In this document: positions 48,907 to 59,438 of the stretch, one piece after another
Layout of the letters: each line of letters starts with the position of its first letter
Position numbering within the stretch: the stretch's first letter is position 1
Assembly (NCBI GenBank): GCA_963750165.1
Contig: CAVVPN010000003.1
Span: 1,280,001 to 1,344,000 of the forward strand
Source: an uncultured Gemmataceae bacterium
GTDB lineage: Bacteria > Planctomycetota > Planctomycetia > Gemmatales > Gemmataceae
Length of the DNA stretch: 64,000 bases
Direction of reading: 5' to 3'
Notes under the pieces: generated by a model
What the model was told of the DNA's origin: nothing
The model's input: only the letters and a program-made list of their open reading frames with translations
Databases searched by the model: none
Translations under genes and position numbers: made by a program

Positions 48907-49161
48907 ATGCCCCCGACCTTCCGAGATGTCGATCCGCGCAAACTCCGGGTGTCGTCCCGCCTGAGCGGGGCTGACCCGATCAAGTTGCATCGGCACGAGG
49001 CGGCGCCGGACGTGCGGTTCGGGCTGTTGATCGCCAACCTCGCCTTTTTGGCGGCCGGGCCCTGGGACCAAGCTTTGTGGAACCTGGAGGATGAGCAATT
49101 GTTGGCAGCGGTGCAACAATTCCTCGCGGATCGGGCGGGTCAACAACAGCACGTCGCCTGA
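48907..49161 (+). pseudogene. Short ORF, probably a deletion-fused remnant of a small two-gene module
   Basis: GAGGTG RBS; MPPTFRDVDPRKLRV..GADPIKL and PDVRFGLLIANL..WNLEDEQLL resemble, from memory, the start and end of two separate small planctomycete proteins. Confidence 0.4.
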
Positions 49162-49193
49162 CCAATTCGTCGGCGGTCAATACAAACCACCGT

Positions 49194-50672
49194 ATGCGCA
49201 TCGCCATCGGCCAGCTCTGGCAGGAAACCAACACCTTCAACCCGCTGCCGACCACGCGCACCGACTTCGAGGACTTCGGCGTCGTCCGCGGTGCTGCGCT
49301 GGTCGAGCGGATGGCCGACACCAACGAACTCGGCGGCTTCATTCAGGCGCTGCGCACCTGGCCGGAGCGCCCGGAGATCGTTGGCCTCGTCCGCCTGCCG
49401 GCCTGGCCGTCCGGGGCCGCGACCGCCGACACCTTCGCATGGTTGCGCGACGAACTGGTCGGCGCCCTGCGCAGCGCCCTGCCCGTGGACGCCGTGCTCC
49501 TGGCGCTGCACGGTTCGCTCGTCGCCGCGGGCACGCCGGACGTGGAGGGCGCCGTCCTGGAGGCGTATCGGGCGCTGCTCGGGCCGGACGTGCCGCTGGT
49601 CGCCACTCTGGACCTGCACGCCAACGTCACCGAGCGCATGGTGCGCGCCGCGGACGCCCTGGTGCTGTACCACACCGCCCCGCACATCGACGTTTTTGAA
49701 ACCGGCCAGCGCGGCGCCGCGGTGCTGCGCCGCATCCTCGACGGCGCCCGGCCCGTGACGGCGTTCCAGAAATTGCCGCTCGTGGTCCCCGCGGAGCGCG
49801 CCGATACCCAGAATCCCGCGAGTGTGGGTTACGCCCTCCGCGAACTCCTGCAAGCGTGGGAACGCGACCCGCGCGTCCTCGCCGCCGGCCTGGCGACGGT
49901 GCAGCCGTGGCTCGACATTCCCGATCTGGGCTCCGCGGTGGTCGTCGTGACGGACGGTGACAGGGCGCTGGCACAGGCGCGCTGCGACGAACTGGCGGCG
50001 CTGGTCTGGGAGCGGCGGCGCGAATATTTGCCGGAATTGGTGTCGGTGGAGGAAGGGGTGCGGGCCGCGGCCGCGGAGCCGGACGGCCTGGTCGTCCTCA
50101 GCGACAGCGCCGACTCGACGACCTCCGGCGCCACCGGCGACAGCAACCACGTCCTACGCGAGTTGCTGAAACACTCCTGGCTGCGGCCCGCTCTGCTAAC
50201 GCTGGTCGATCCCGAACTGGTCGCCGAGGCGGGCCGGCGCGGCGTCGGGGCGGAGTTCGCCGCCACGCTCGGCGGCAAGCGCGACACCAAAAACTCGACA
50301 CCGCTGCCGGCCGTCGTCCGGGTGGCGAATCTGTTCGACGCGCGCTTCGTGATGTCCGGCCACCTGGCCCGCAACCTGGCGGTCAACCTGGGGCCGTCCG
50401 CGGTGCTGACCATCGGCAACGTCCAGGTTGTGGTCACGTCGCGGACCGGGCCGCACTTCGCGCCGCAGCTGTTCGAGGCCGCGGGGCTCGATCCGTTCGC
50501 CGCCCAGGTGCTGATCGCCAAGAGTCCGTGCGGCTTCCGCGCCGCGTACCAGGCGCGGGCCAGGAAAATCCTCGTCGTCCGCGCCCCCGGTTGCGCCCCG
50601 TCCGATTTCTGGAATACGGCGTATCACCACATCCCGCGGCCGCTGTGGCCGTGGGACGACCTCGCCACCTGA
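49194..50672 (+). CDS. M81 family metallopeptidase (MlrC-like)
   Basis: QETNTF, LALHGS, TLDLHAN, PHID, DSADSTTSG, IAKS. Confidence 0.93.
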   Translation: MRIAIGQLWQETNTFNPLPTTRTDFEDFGVVRGAALVERMADTNELGGFIQALRTWPERPEIVGLVRLPAWPSGAATADTFAWLRDELVGALRSALPVDAVLLALHGSLVAAGTPDVEGAVLEAYRALLGPDVPLVATLDLHANVTERMVRAADALVLYHTAPHIDVFETGQRGAAVLRRILDGARPVTAFQKLPLVVPAERADTQNPASVGYALRELLQAWERDPRVLAAGLATVQPWLDIPDLGSAVVVVTDGDRALAQARCDELAALVWERRREYLPELVSVEEGVRAAAAEPDGLVVLSDSADSTTSGATGDSNHVLRELLKHSWLRPALLTLVDPELVAEAGRRGVGAEFAATLGGKRDTKNSTPLPAVVRVANLFDARFVMSGHLARNLAVNLGPSAVLTIGNVQVVVTSRTGPHFAPQLFEAAGLDPFAAQVLIAKSPCGFRAAYQARARKILVVRAPGCAPSDFWNTAYHHIPRPLWPWDDLAT

Positions 50673-50709
50673 GTGGCATCTTCGCGCGGGCAGCGGTTCG
50701 CGGCAGCCG

Positions 50710-52895
50710 TCACTTGATGAACAGCATCTCGCGGTAGGTCGGCAGCGGCCACAGATCGTCCGCAACCATCAACTCCAACTTGTCTCCGAGCGTCCGCACC
50801 TGGTTCATCGCCGACAGCACCGAGTCACGCGCGTACTTCGCATGCGCCAGTACGTCGCCCTCGGCGTGGTGGCTCAGCGCCCTGTCCAGCGTCGCCGTGG
50901 CCGACTGGAAGTCCGTGATGGCCTTCGTCAGCGACTTGAGCAGTTCAGCCTGGGCGCTATTGTCCACGCCGGCGGCCTTGGTGGCGTTGACCGTCGCGGC
51001 CACCTCCCCCTGGTAACGCAGCGCCGCTGGCAAGATCATCTGTCGGGCCATCATCGCCGTCAGCTGGCCCTCGATGTTCACCGTCTTGACGTAGTTCTCG
51101 CACAGGATGGTGAAGCGGCTTTGCAGTTCGCGCTCGCTGTAGACCTTGTACTTGCTGAACAGGTCAATCGAGTCCTTGCGGAGGATGACCGGCAGCGCGT
51201 CCACGGTGTTGCGCAGGTTCGGCAGGCCGCGCCGCTCCGCCTCCCGGTGCCACTCCTCGGAGTAGTTGTCGCCGTTGAAGATGACGCGCTTGCTCTCCTT
51301 GAGGATGCCGGGCAGCAGTGCCTGGATGGCCTTGTTCAGGTCCTGGCCGGACTTCACCGCCTTTTCGAGGTGGGTGGCGATGAAGTCCAGCGACTCGGCG
51401 ACGATGGTGTTCAGGACGGTGTTGGGGCCGGAGATGGACTGCGAGGCGCCGACGGCGCGGAACTCGAATTTGTTGCCGGTGAACGCGAACGGGCTGGTGC
51501 GATTGCGGTCGCCGGCGTCGCGCGGCAGCTTCGGCAGCACCGAAACGCCGATCTCCATGAAGCCGCCTTGCCGCGGCGCCTTGCCGGTGCCCTGCTCCAG
51601 CTGGTCCATCACGTCCTGCAGCTGGTCACCCAGGAAGATCGACATGATGGCCGGCGGCGCCTCGTTGGCGCCGAGGCGGTGGTCGTTGTTGGCACCGCTG
51701 ACGACAACGCGCAACAGTTCGGGATACCGGGCCACGGCGCGGATGACGGCAACGCAAAAGACCAGGAACTGGGCATTCTCGTGCGGGCTCTCGCCGGGGT
51801 TGAGCAGGTTCTCACCGGTGTCGGTGGCCATCGACCAGTTGTTGTGCTTGCCCGAGCCGTTGATGCCGGCGAACGGCTTCTCGTGCAGCAGGCACGCCAG
51901 GCCGTACTTGTCGGCGGTGCGGCGCAGGATCTCCATTGTCAGCATCTGGTGGTCGGTGGCCAGGTTGGAGTCCTCGAAGATCGGCGCGATTTCGTACTGG
52001 CTCGGGGCCACCTCGTTGTGGCGCGTCTTGACCGGCACTGCCAGCTTGAACAGCTCCGCCTCGGCCTCGGCCATGCACGCCAGCACGCGCTCCGGGATCG
52101 AGCCGAAGTACTGGTCCTCCAGTTCCTGGCCCTTGGGCGGCCGGGCGCCGAACAGTGTGCGGCCGGCGTTAATCAGGTCCGGGCGGGCGTAGTAGAAGTT
52201 CTTGTCGATCAGGAAGTATTCCTGTTCGGGGCCGACGGTCGTGAAGACTTTTTTGGCGTCTTCGTTGCCGAACAGCCGCAGGATGCGCAGGGCCTGATTG
52301 GACAGCGCCTCCATCGAGCGCAGCAACGGTGTTTTCTTGTCGAGGGCGTCGCCGGTCCAGCTGAGGAAGGCCGTCGGGATGACCAGGGTGGCGCCGTTGG
52401 GGCCTTCGTGGATGAACGCCGGGCTGGTCGGGTCCCAGGCGGTGTAGCCGCGGGCCTCGAAGGTGGCCCGCAGACCACCGGAGGGGAACGAACTGGCGTC
52501 CGGTTCGCCGCGCACCAGTTCCTTGCCGCTGAACTCGGTGAACGCCTTGCCGTCGCTGGTGGGCTGCAGGAAGCTGTCGTGCTTTTCAGCGGTCAGGCCG
52601 GTCATGGGCTGGAACAGGTGCGTGAAGTGCGTGGCACCCTTTTCGATGGCCCAGTCCTTCATGGCGGTGGCGACGGCGTCGGCGATGGCGGCGTCGAGCG
52701 GAGCACCTGCTTGATCGTCTTCTGCAAGGCGCGGAAGACGGACTTCGGCAACCGCTGCCGCTGCACTTCCTCGTTGAAGACGTTTTCGCCGAAGAGGGCC
52801 TTGAGGTGCGTTTCCTTGAAGTTGACGCGGTGAAGCTGGTGTTTCGCGGTGGCGATGGCCTGAATCGCCTGCTGACGATGGTTCGCTGAGCCCAT
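50710..52895 (-). CDS. glnA: Glutamine synthetase type III; frameshift at ~52706
   Basis: [85 protein letters not shown]-terminus FGENVF in ORF 52659-52940. Confidence 0.95.
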
Positions 52896-53018
52896 GCTGT
52901 GGTCTTCTCCTGGAGGGCGCCAACGCGGCGACCGCTCCACGGTAGACGTTGGCGGTTCGATGGAGAGCCGCCGGGCCGGGACCGCTTATCGCCAGCGCGG
53001 CGGTGGAGAGATTTATTG

Positions 53019-53047
53019 GTTATAGGGAAAAGCGCTTGCGCGAACAA
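53019..53047 (-). promoter_or_regulatory. Candidate sigma70 promoter for the GSIII gene (TTGTTC-N17-TATAAC)
   Basis: Near-consensus hexamers with 17-bp spacing in an AT-richer patch ~125 nt upstream of the ATG. Confidence 0.55.
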
Positions 53048-53104
53048 GGGGATCGCGCTGGCGGCCGCTGGCCGCCAGACGACCCAGCCCTGCTGCTGAC
53101 AGGT

Positions 53105-56100
53105 TCAATGCGCCTCCATACGCCGCAGCGCCTCAACTGCGGCCCGGGTTCGCGGACTGGTCTCCGCCCCCTGTGCGAGGTTCTCCAGCAATTGCCGGGC
53201 CCGTTTCGTGCCCATCCGCTCCAGCGCTTGCACGGCACGCACATGGAGAACGTCCTCCGCGGAAATGGCCGTCTGGTTTTCGCTCAGATCCTGCAAGAGT
53301 TTTTCGATTTGCCCTTTTGACTTCAAGGCCACTTTTGTCGAAGACAGGGCGTCCCGCAGAGCCGGTTCGGCAAGCACTCCGAGTCGAACCAGTTCCTTCG
53401 TCGCCGCTTCTCGGCGCTTCGCCTGGTCCAGGTCGGCGATGAGACGCTGAACGTGTTTGGCGTCGGGCCTGGGCACCGGGCGGAGCCGGCGCTCCAGGAA
53501 GTCCAGCGCCCGCTGCGGGTCGGCAATCATCCGGCCAATCGCCTGATAGGCTTCCGTCGCGGCGCCTGTTTCGAGCACCTGAGCCAGGCCTTTTTCATCG
53601 AGCGGCTTGCCGGCCCTGGCGTCGGTCGCGGCAGTGGGCCAAACCACAATGGTCGTGTCAGAGCAACTCGCAGCCAGCAGTTTGCTGTTGGGGGAAAAGG
53701 CGAAATTGCCGAACAGGTTGCCCGCGGCCTTGCACTCGCGGAGGAATCGGCCGCTATACAGGTCGAACACCTTCAGCGTTCCCGCCGAGCCGGCCAGCAA
53801 GCGATTGTCGGGCGAATAGAGGTAGGTCGCGGCCTCCAGCTTGCGCACCAGTTGCCCGGTGGCAACCTCCCAGGCGAACACACGGGCGTCGAAGGACGCC
53901 GTGAGCAAGGTCTGGCCGTCCGGCGAAAAGGCCAGGCCGGTCGGGCGGTGTGACTTCGTGGCAAATTCCGCAATTCGCCGGCCGTCCTTCACGGACAGCA
54001 CGCGGATTTTCCCTTCACTGCCGACCAGCGCGATCCGGGAACCGTCGGCGGAGAACTTGACGGACTGGGTGCGAAAGAGGAACTCCAGCTTGACGTTGGT
54101 CGGAGATGGATAACGCCGTTCCCGGCCGGTGAGCACGTCGAAAAAGCAAACCACATCCTTGCCCGCCGCCGCCACCGTCTTGCCGTCGGGGGACAGGGCG
54201 GCACTAACCTCAGCGCCGTCCTTCCAGACAAATTCACGTTCGATGTCGTCCTTGCGGTTGCCCTTCTCCTTCGCTTTGTCGCTGGACACCTTCAGGACGG
54301 TAAGACACGGCAGCTTATTTTTCTCCGTCTGGACAAGGATGCGCTGGCCATCGACGGAGAAGCCGAGCAAGCCGGGGATTTGATCGAGGCGATCCACCTT
54401 GCCGGTCAGCAACATGGCGAACTGCGAGCCGAAACCTTCCTCGCACCGAAGCAGGGCATCCGGCCCGAGGAAGCCAACCACTCGGTCAGGAGTCGGTCGT
54501 CTTTCTTGCTGGGCAGGGGACACGGCTTGCCCGTTTCGGTCTCCCAGAGATAAAAATCCTTACCCGTTGAGGTCGATAGGATTTTGCGGCTGTCTGCCGA
54601 GAACGACAGCATGCGGATCGGCGCAATCGCGCCGTTGATTTTTCCTGACGGCTTGCGGCCGACGACATCCCAGCGGCGCAGCATGTTTTCCTGTTGATGG
54701 CCGGAGAAAAGGGTCTGGGTATCGCTGGAAAAGGCGACGGCTTCAACGGGGCTGGGGAAGGCGGAGCAATCGCCGTGCGCCTTGCCGGTCAGCGGGTCCC
54801 AGAGTCGAATCGTTTTGTCGCTCCCACCGGCCAGGAGTTTACCATCCGGGCTGAAGGCGATGGCGTTGACTTCTTTCCCAGGGATCGCCAGCCGCCGCAG
54901 AACCTTGCCGGTGGCGACTTCCCAGAGCAGGACTTCATCCTTGCTTCCAGTGGCGAGCCAGGTGCGATCCGGCGAATAGCGGGCGGAGAACAAGGGGAGC
55001 TTGGACTTCCAGCGCCGCAGCTCGCGCCCCGTGGCAACGTCCCAGAAACCAACACCGGTTTGGTCCACCGCGGTTATGATTTTGCCGTCGGCTGAAAACA
55101 CGATGGTGATGATCTCTTTTGTCGGCGAGAGCATTTTCCAGAGTTCCTTTCCGGTCGAGGCGTTCCAGGCGATGAGGTGGTTCTCCTTGACCTTCTTGGT
55201 GAACTTGCCACCACTACATTGCCAATCAAATCGGACAGCGCCGACCAGCGTCTTGCCGTCGGGAGAAAAATCTGTCGCAGAGAGGTATTCGATCCTCATC
55301 GTTGACATGCCTCCGGCCTCCTCCACTTCTTCTGGGACCACCGGAAACGATTCCTTCTTGCGACGATAGTTGATCTTCAGCTTTTCCGCCTTGCGCCAGT
55401 CGAACACGGCCAGGACAGAACCGAATCGCTCGCCCGCTTCCAGGACCGCGACTTTCTGCCAGTCCGCCGACAGCGCCACGGCCATGCGGAGATCGAATCT
55501 CCAGCCGAAAAAACCGGTCTCGCTATGCCGGATGCTCCTGCCGGTTCGGGAGTCAAGCAACTCGACACCTGAAAAATTGTTGACGACGGCGAGCATCTTG
55601 CCGTCGGCGGAAACAAGGATTCGTCGCGCTTCATTCGCGAGCCGCCAGCGGGCGCTGCCGAGCCGGGCAATCGCGCCGGCTGGCATGGGATCGCCGTTCA
55701 GGTCCGGGAGAACGGGCCCCGGTGCGGGGTTGTCGGCGACAGGACTTTCCTGGGGCTTCGGGAGTTCCGGCAGCGGAGCGTTCCGGTTCTGCCTTCTTGC
55801 GAGCACTGTACGACTGAGGACGGTCGTCAGGCCCTCGGCGTTGCCCTTCGTCAAGCGTGCAATGATCCCCAGGGCCTCGGGCGAACCGATGCCCTCCAGG
55901 ATTGCAATCGCCCGCAAATGCCGCAATTGCGCCGGCGTGAGCTGATTCAATTTGCCGAGCAACGCTTGCAATCGTTGCCGCCTCTCCAGGGGAGGATCGG
56001 CAGCCAGCGCCTGGCGCAGCGGCTCGCGGACCAACTCGCCGAGCTGTTCCAACTCCCTGGTGGCTGCGTTACGTTCGCGAAACTTGTTGCTGTCGAGATT

Positions 56101-58233
56101 TTTGATCCAACCTGCCACACGTTTGGCGTCGATGGCCGGGGCCGGCTGCAGGCGTTTGGCCAGGAAAGGGACGGTACTCTTCGGCGCATGTAGCAAGTCG
56201 GCCCGGGCCTCATACGCCTTGCTGGCGTCTGCCGCACCGAGGCTCTCCCAGTTCGCCGCGAGTTCGTTTTCGGTCAGTTGCCCGCGGCGTTTTTTGCCGG
56301 TGAGATTGTTCAGGTCCAGGATCACGGCCGTCGCATCGGCGCCGCCGACGGCCAGCTTTGAACCGTCGGGCGAAAAGGCGGCGGCGAAGATCGGCAGCTC
56401 ACGCTTGAAGGAGTAGACCTCCGTGCCGGTGGCCAGTTCAAAGACGCGAATGCTGCGGTTGGCAATCAGGCCCCAGCCGTCGGTAACGCTGGCCAGGTAG
56501 CGGCTGTCTGGTGAGAAGACGACACAGCCGCGACGATTCGCGTGCCCCGGCAATGTTTTGAGCACACGGTGCGTGGCCGTGTCCAGGAGCAACAGCGTCT
56601 CGTCACAGCCCACGGCGATAGTCTTGCCGTCGGGCGCGTAGGCAACGCTCGAAACGCCTCGTTTGATGGGGATTTCCTTCGTCTTTTTCCCGACAAGATC
56701 CAGAAGCCGCAGTTCGCCTCTGAAGTCACTGAGGATCGCGAGCGTCTTGCTGTCCGGGGAAAAGGCCAGGCTCGCGATCGAGCCCGTCTCGAAGTCTTCG
56801 AGGATCTTGCCGTTGGCTGGGTCGCGCAGGTAAAGCAGGCCCCGGTAGCCGCCGCTGGCCAACCGTTTGCCGTCCGGCGAGAACGCGGCGGCGACCACGG
56901 AATTGCCTTCATCATCCAAGGTGAACAGGCCCTTGCCGCGTTCGACATCCCAGAGTCGGAAGGTCCCATCCCGTCCACAGGACGCGAGCAGCTTGCCGTT
57001 CGGGAAGAGAGCCAGCCCGAGGATTTCGCCAGTGTGGCCGTGCAGAACGCTGAGCGATTCACCCGTCGCGGCGTCCCAGATGTGAATGGTGCTGTCCTCG
57101 CTTGCCGAGACGATGCGTTTGCCGTCGGGAAGATAGACCAGCGACTTGATGGCTCCGCGGTGGCTCGCGGTCGGCTGCGAATCCTTGCCGGTGGTGCGGT
57201 CCATGAAGCAGAGCGTTTGCCCGTAAGAACCCCAGGCCAGCGTCTTGCCGTCGGGCGAAAACATCACGGAATGGACCCCCGGGGCTAAGAACTTCACGGG
57301 CGGGGCCTGAAGATTCTTGAGGTTCCAGAGTTGAATGACCTGGTCGCCATCGGTGGACGATGAATACCTGGTGACGTTGCTCGCCGCGGCCAGCGTCTTG
57401 CCGTCGCGCGAAAAGGCCACGGACACGACACGCCTCGAGACATACAGGGAGTGGATCTTCTTGCCGGTTTCGACGCTAACCATGTTCATCCAATGGTCCA
57501 CACCTGGAACGATCAGTATCTTACCGTCCCGGGAAAATTGCAGGGTTTCTCCATATCGCACCACCTCAATCTCGTGAAGCAATTTGCCTGTCTGAGTGTC
57601 CCAGAGATGGACTGTTTTCTCGCCCCGGGTGGCCGCGACCTTGCCGTCCTCCGAGAACGCGACCAGGCGAACACGGATGGGCTGGTCCTGCACAAGCAAA
57701 GGAAATTCCTTGAGCTTCTTCCCCGAAGCGAGGTCCCAAACGAACAGGCGTGTGGAAGTCGCGGCAATGAGGGTCTTGTCATCGCTGGAAAACGCGGCCG
57801 CATTGCTCCAATCGCCCCCGCCACTGCCACCGTCCGACTGGGTGAGCACCACCTTCTTGAAATTGTCCAGGTCCCAGACGTGGACCGCGGTGCCTCCCCA
57901 GCCGAGCGCCGCCAGTTTCTTACCGTCATGGGAGAAGATCAGACCAGCAGTTGAGCGCAACTGCTCGAGCGGCAAGTGGCGCATCTTCCTGGTGGTCGCA
58001 ACGTCCCACAGGTTGACTTCCTCGCTGTCCGCCGTGGCGATGATTTTTCCGTCCGGGGAATACGCGGCACAGTTGCAGTGGTGGAAGCGAACCGTCCCGA
58101 GACGCACCAGCACACCGGGCGGCAACGGATCGCCGAATCGATCCAAATGGACCGGATCCTGGGCGTGAATGGCGGTCGGCGCCTGCAAGAACAGGTCGAT
58201 CCCGAGAACCAGCAACAATAGTGCCCGGGGCAT
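53105..58233 (-). CDS. Large exported WD40-repeat protein with two tandem modules; frameshift at ~54460
   Basis: Signal peptide; DRFGDPLPPGVLVRLG and DLNGDPMPAGAIARLG module starts; many AFSPDGK..W repeats; each module ends in a helical 'RA...LE..G..EA' domain; AAAGGAG RBS. Confidence 0.88.
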
Positions 58234-58448
58234 GACGTCTCCTTTACGGGGAATGGTTACCAGGCTGTGCCGGACAGCGCCCCAGCCACTTTACGCGCCC
58301 CGGTCTCCCCTCGCCACCGAAAACCTCCTGAGTCACAGCGCCCGTGACGCGGAGCCGGTTTTTGCTTGCCACCCCCTCTCAAGACCGCGACACTGGACGG
58401 GTGCCCTGGGTTGCTCGCCCGTGCCACGCCCCGTCGCGGAGTCCTGCC

Positions 58449-59369
58449 GTGCTCAAGAAACTCGTCCTGTTTGCCGCCTGTCTGCTACTGACGGCCGTCC
58501 TGGCGCTGCGGACGCGCTCCGCCGACCAGGGCGACAAGCCGCCGCAATACCAGCCCGTGCCCAACTGGCCGCAGCTGCCCAGGGGCTTCAAGTTCGGGCA
58601 GACGACGGCCGTCGCGACCGACAAGGACGACAACCTGTACGTGTTCCACCGCGGCAAAACGCCGATCGCCGTCTTCGACAGGAACGGCAAGTTCCTGCGC
58701 GGCTGGGGCGATGCCGCCGTCAAGACCGCCCACGGCCTGCGCATCGACGCCGCGGGCAACATCTGGACGACGGACCTGGGCACCCACCAGGTCATCAAGT
58801 ACGACCCCACCGGCAAGGTGCTGCTGACGCTGGGCACGAAGAACAAGAAGGGCAAGACGCCCGACCGCTTCAACAAGCCGGCGGATGTGGCCGTCAGCGC
58901 CGCCGGCGACATTTACGTGGCGGACGGCTACGGCAATTCGCGCGTCGTCAAGTTTTCCAAGGAAGGCAAGTATCTGAAGGAATGGGGCAAGAAGGGTAAA
59001 GGCCCCGGCCAGTTCAATCTGGTCCACGCGATTTTCCTGGACGGCAAGGGCAAGGTGTACGTCGGCGACCGCGAGAACAAGCGCGTGCAGGTGTTCGACA
59101 CCGAGGGCAAGTATCTGGAGCAGTGGCGCGACAGCGGGACGCCATACGGCCTGTTCCTGCAGGGCGGCAAGCGCATGCTGCTGGCTGACGGCGACGCCGA
59201 TGAGGTGCGCATTCTGGACCTGAGCGGCAAACTGCTGACGCGCTTCGGCATGAAGGGCGCCGGCGCCGGCCAGTTCCAGCTGCCGCACGGCATCACCGCC
59301 GACTCGCGCGGCGTGCTCTATGTCACCGAGGGGGACGGCGAACGGGTGCAAAAGTTTGTGGCCCGGTGA
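58449..59369 (+). CDS. NHL-repeat protein (peptidyl-alpha-hydroxyglycine amidating lyase-like)
   Basis: Signal peptide; AHGLRID, FNKPADVAV, YVADGYGNSRVVKF, GDRENKRVQVF. Confidence 0.9.
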   Translation: MLKKLVLFAACLLLTAVLALRTRSADQGDKPPQYQPVPNWPQLPRGFKFGQTTAVATDKDDNLYVFHRGKTPIAVFDRNGKFLRGWGDAAVKTAHGLRIDAAGNIWTTDLGTHQVIKYDPTGKVLLTLGTKNKKGKTPDRFNKPADVAVSAAGDIYVADGYGNSRVVKFSKEGKYLKEWGKKGKGPGQFNLVHAIFLDGKGKVYVGDRENKRVQVFDTEGKYLEQWRDSGTPYGLFLQGGKRMLLADGDADEVRILDLSGKLLTRFGMKGAGAGQFQLPHGITADSRGVLYVTEGDGERVQKFVAR

Positions 59370-59438
59370 AAGCGCTGCGCGAATCTACGTTTGCCCCTGG
59401 GTTCTGAAGCAAGCATCATCGGTGGGATGGGGTGTCTC

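Noticed and set aside
44608..50672. Aminotransferase, epimerase, monooxygenase and MlrC genes as a biosynthetic or microcystin-degradation cluster
   Set aside because: No scaffold synthase and no mlrA/B/D genes; the genes are separated by repeats and a gene remnant.
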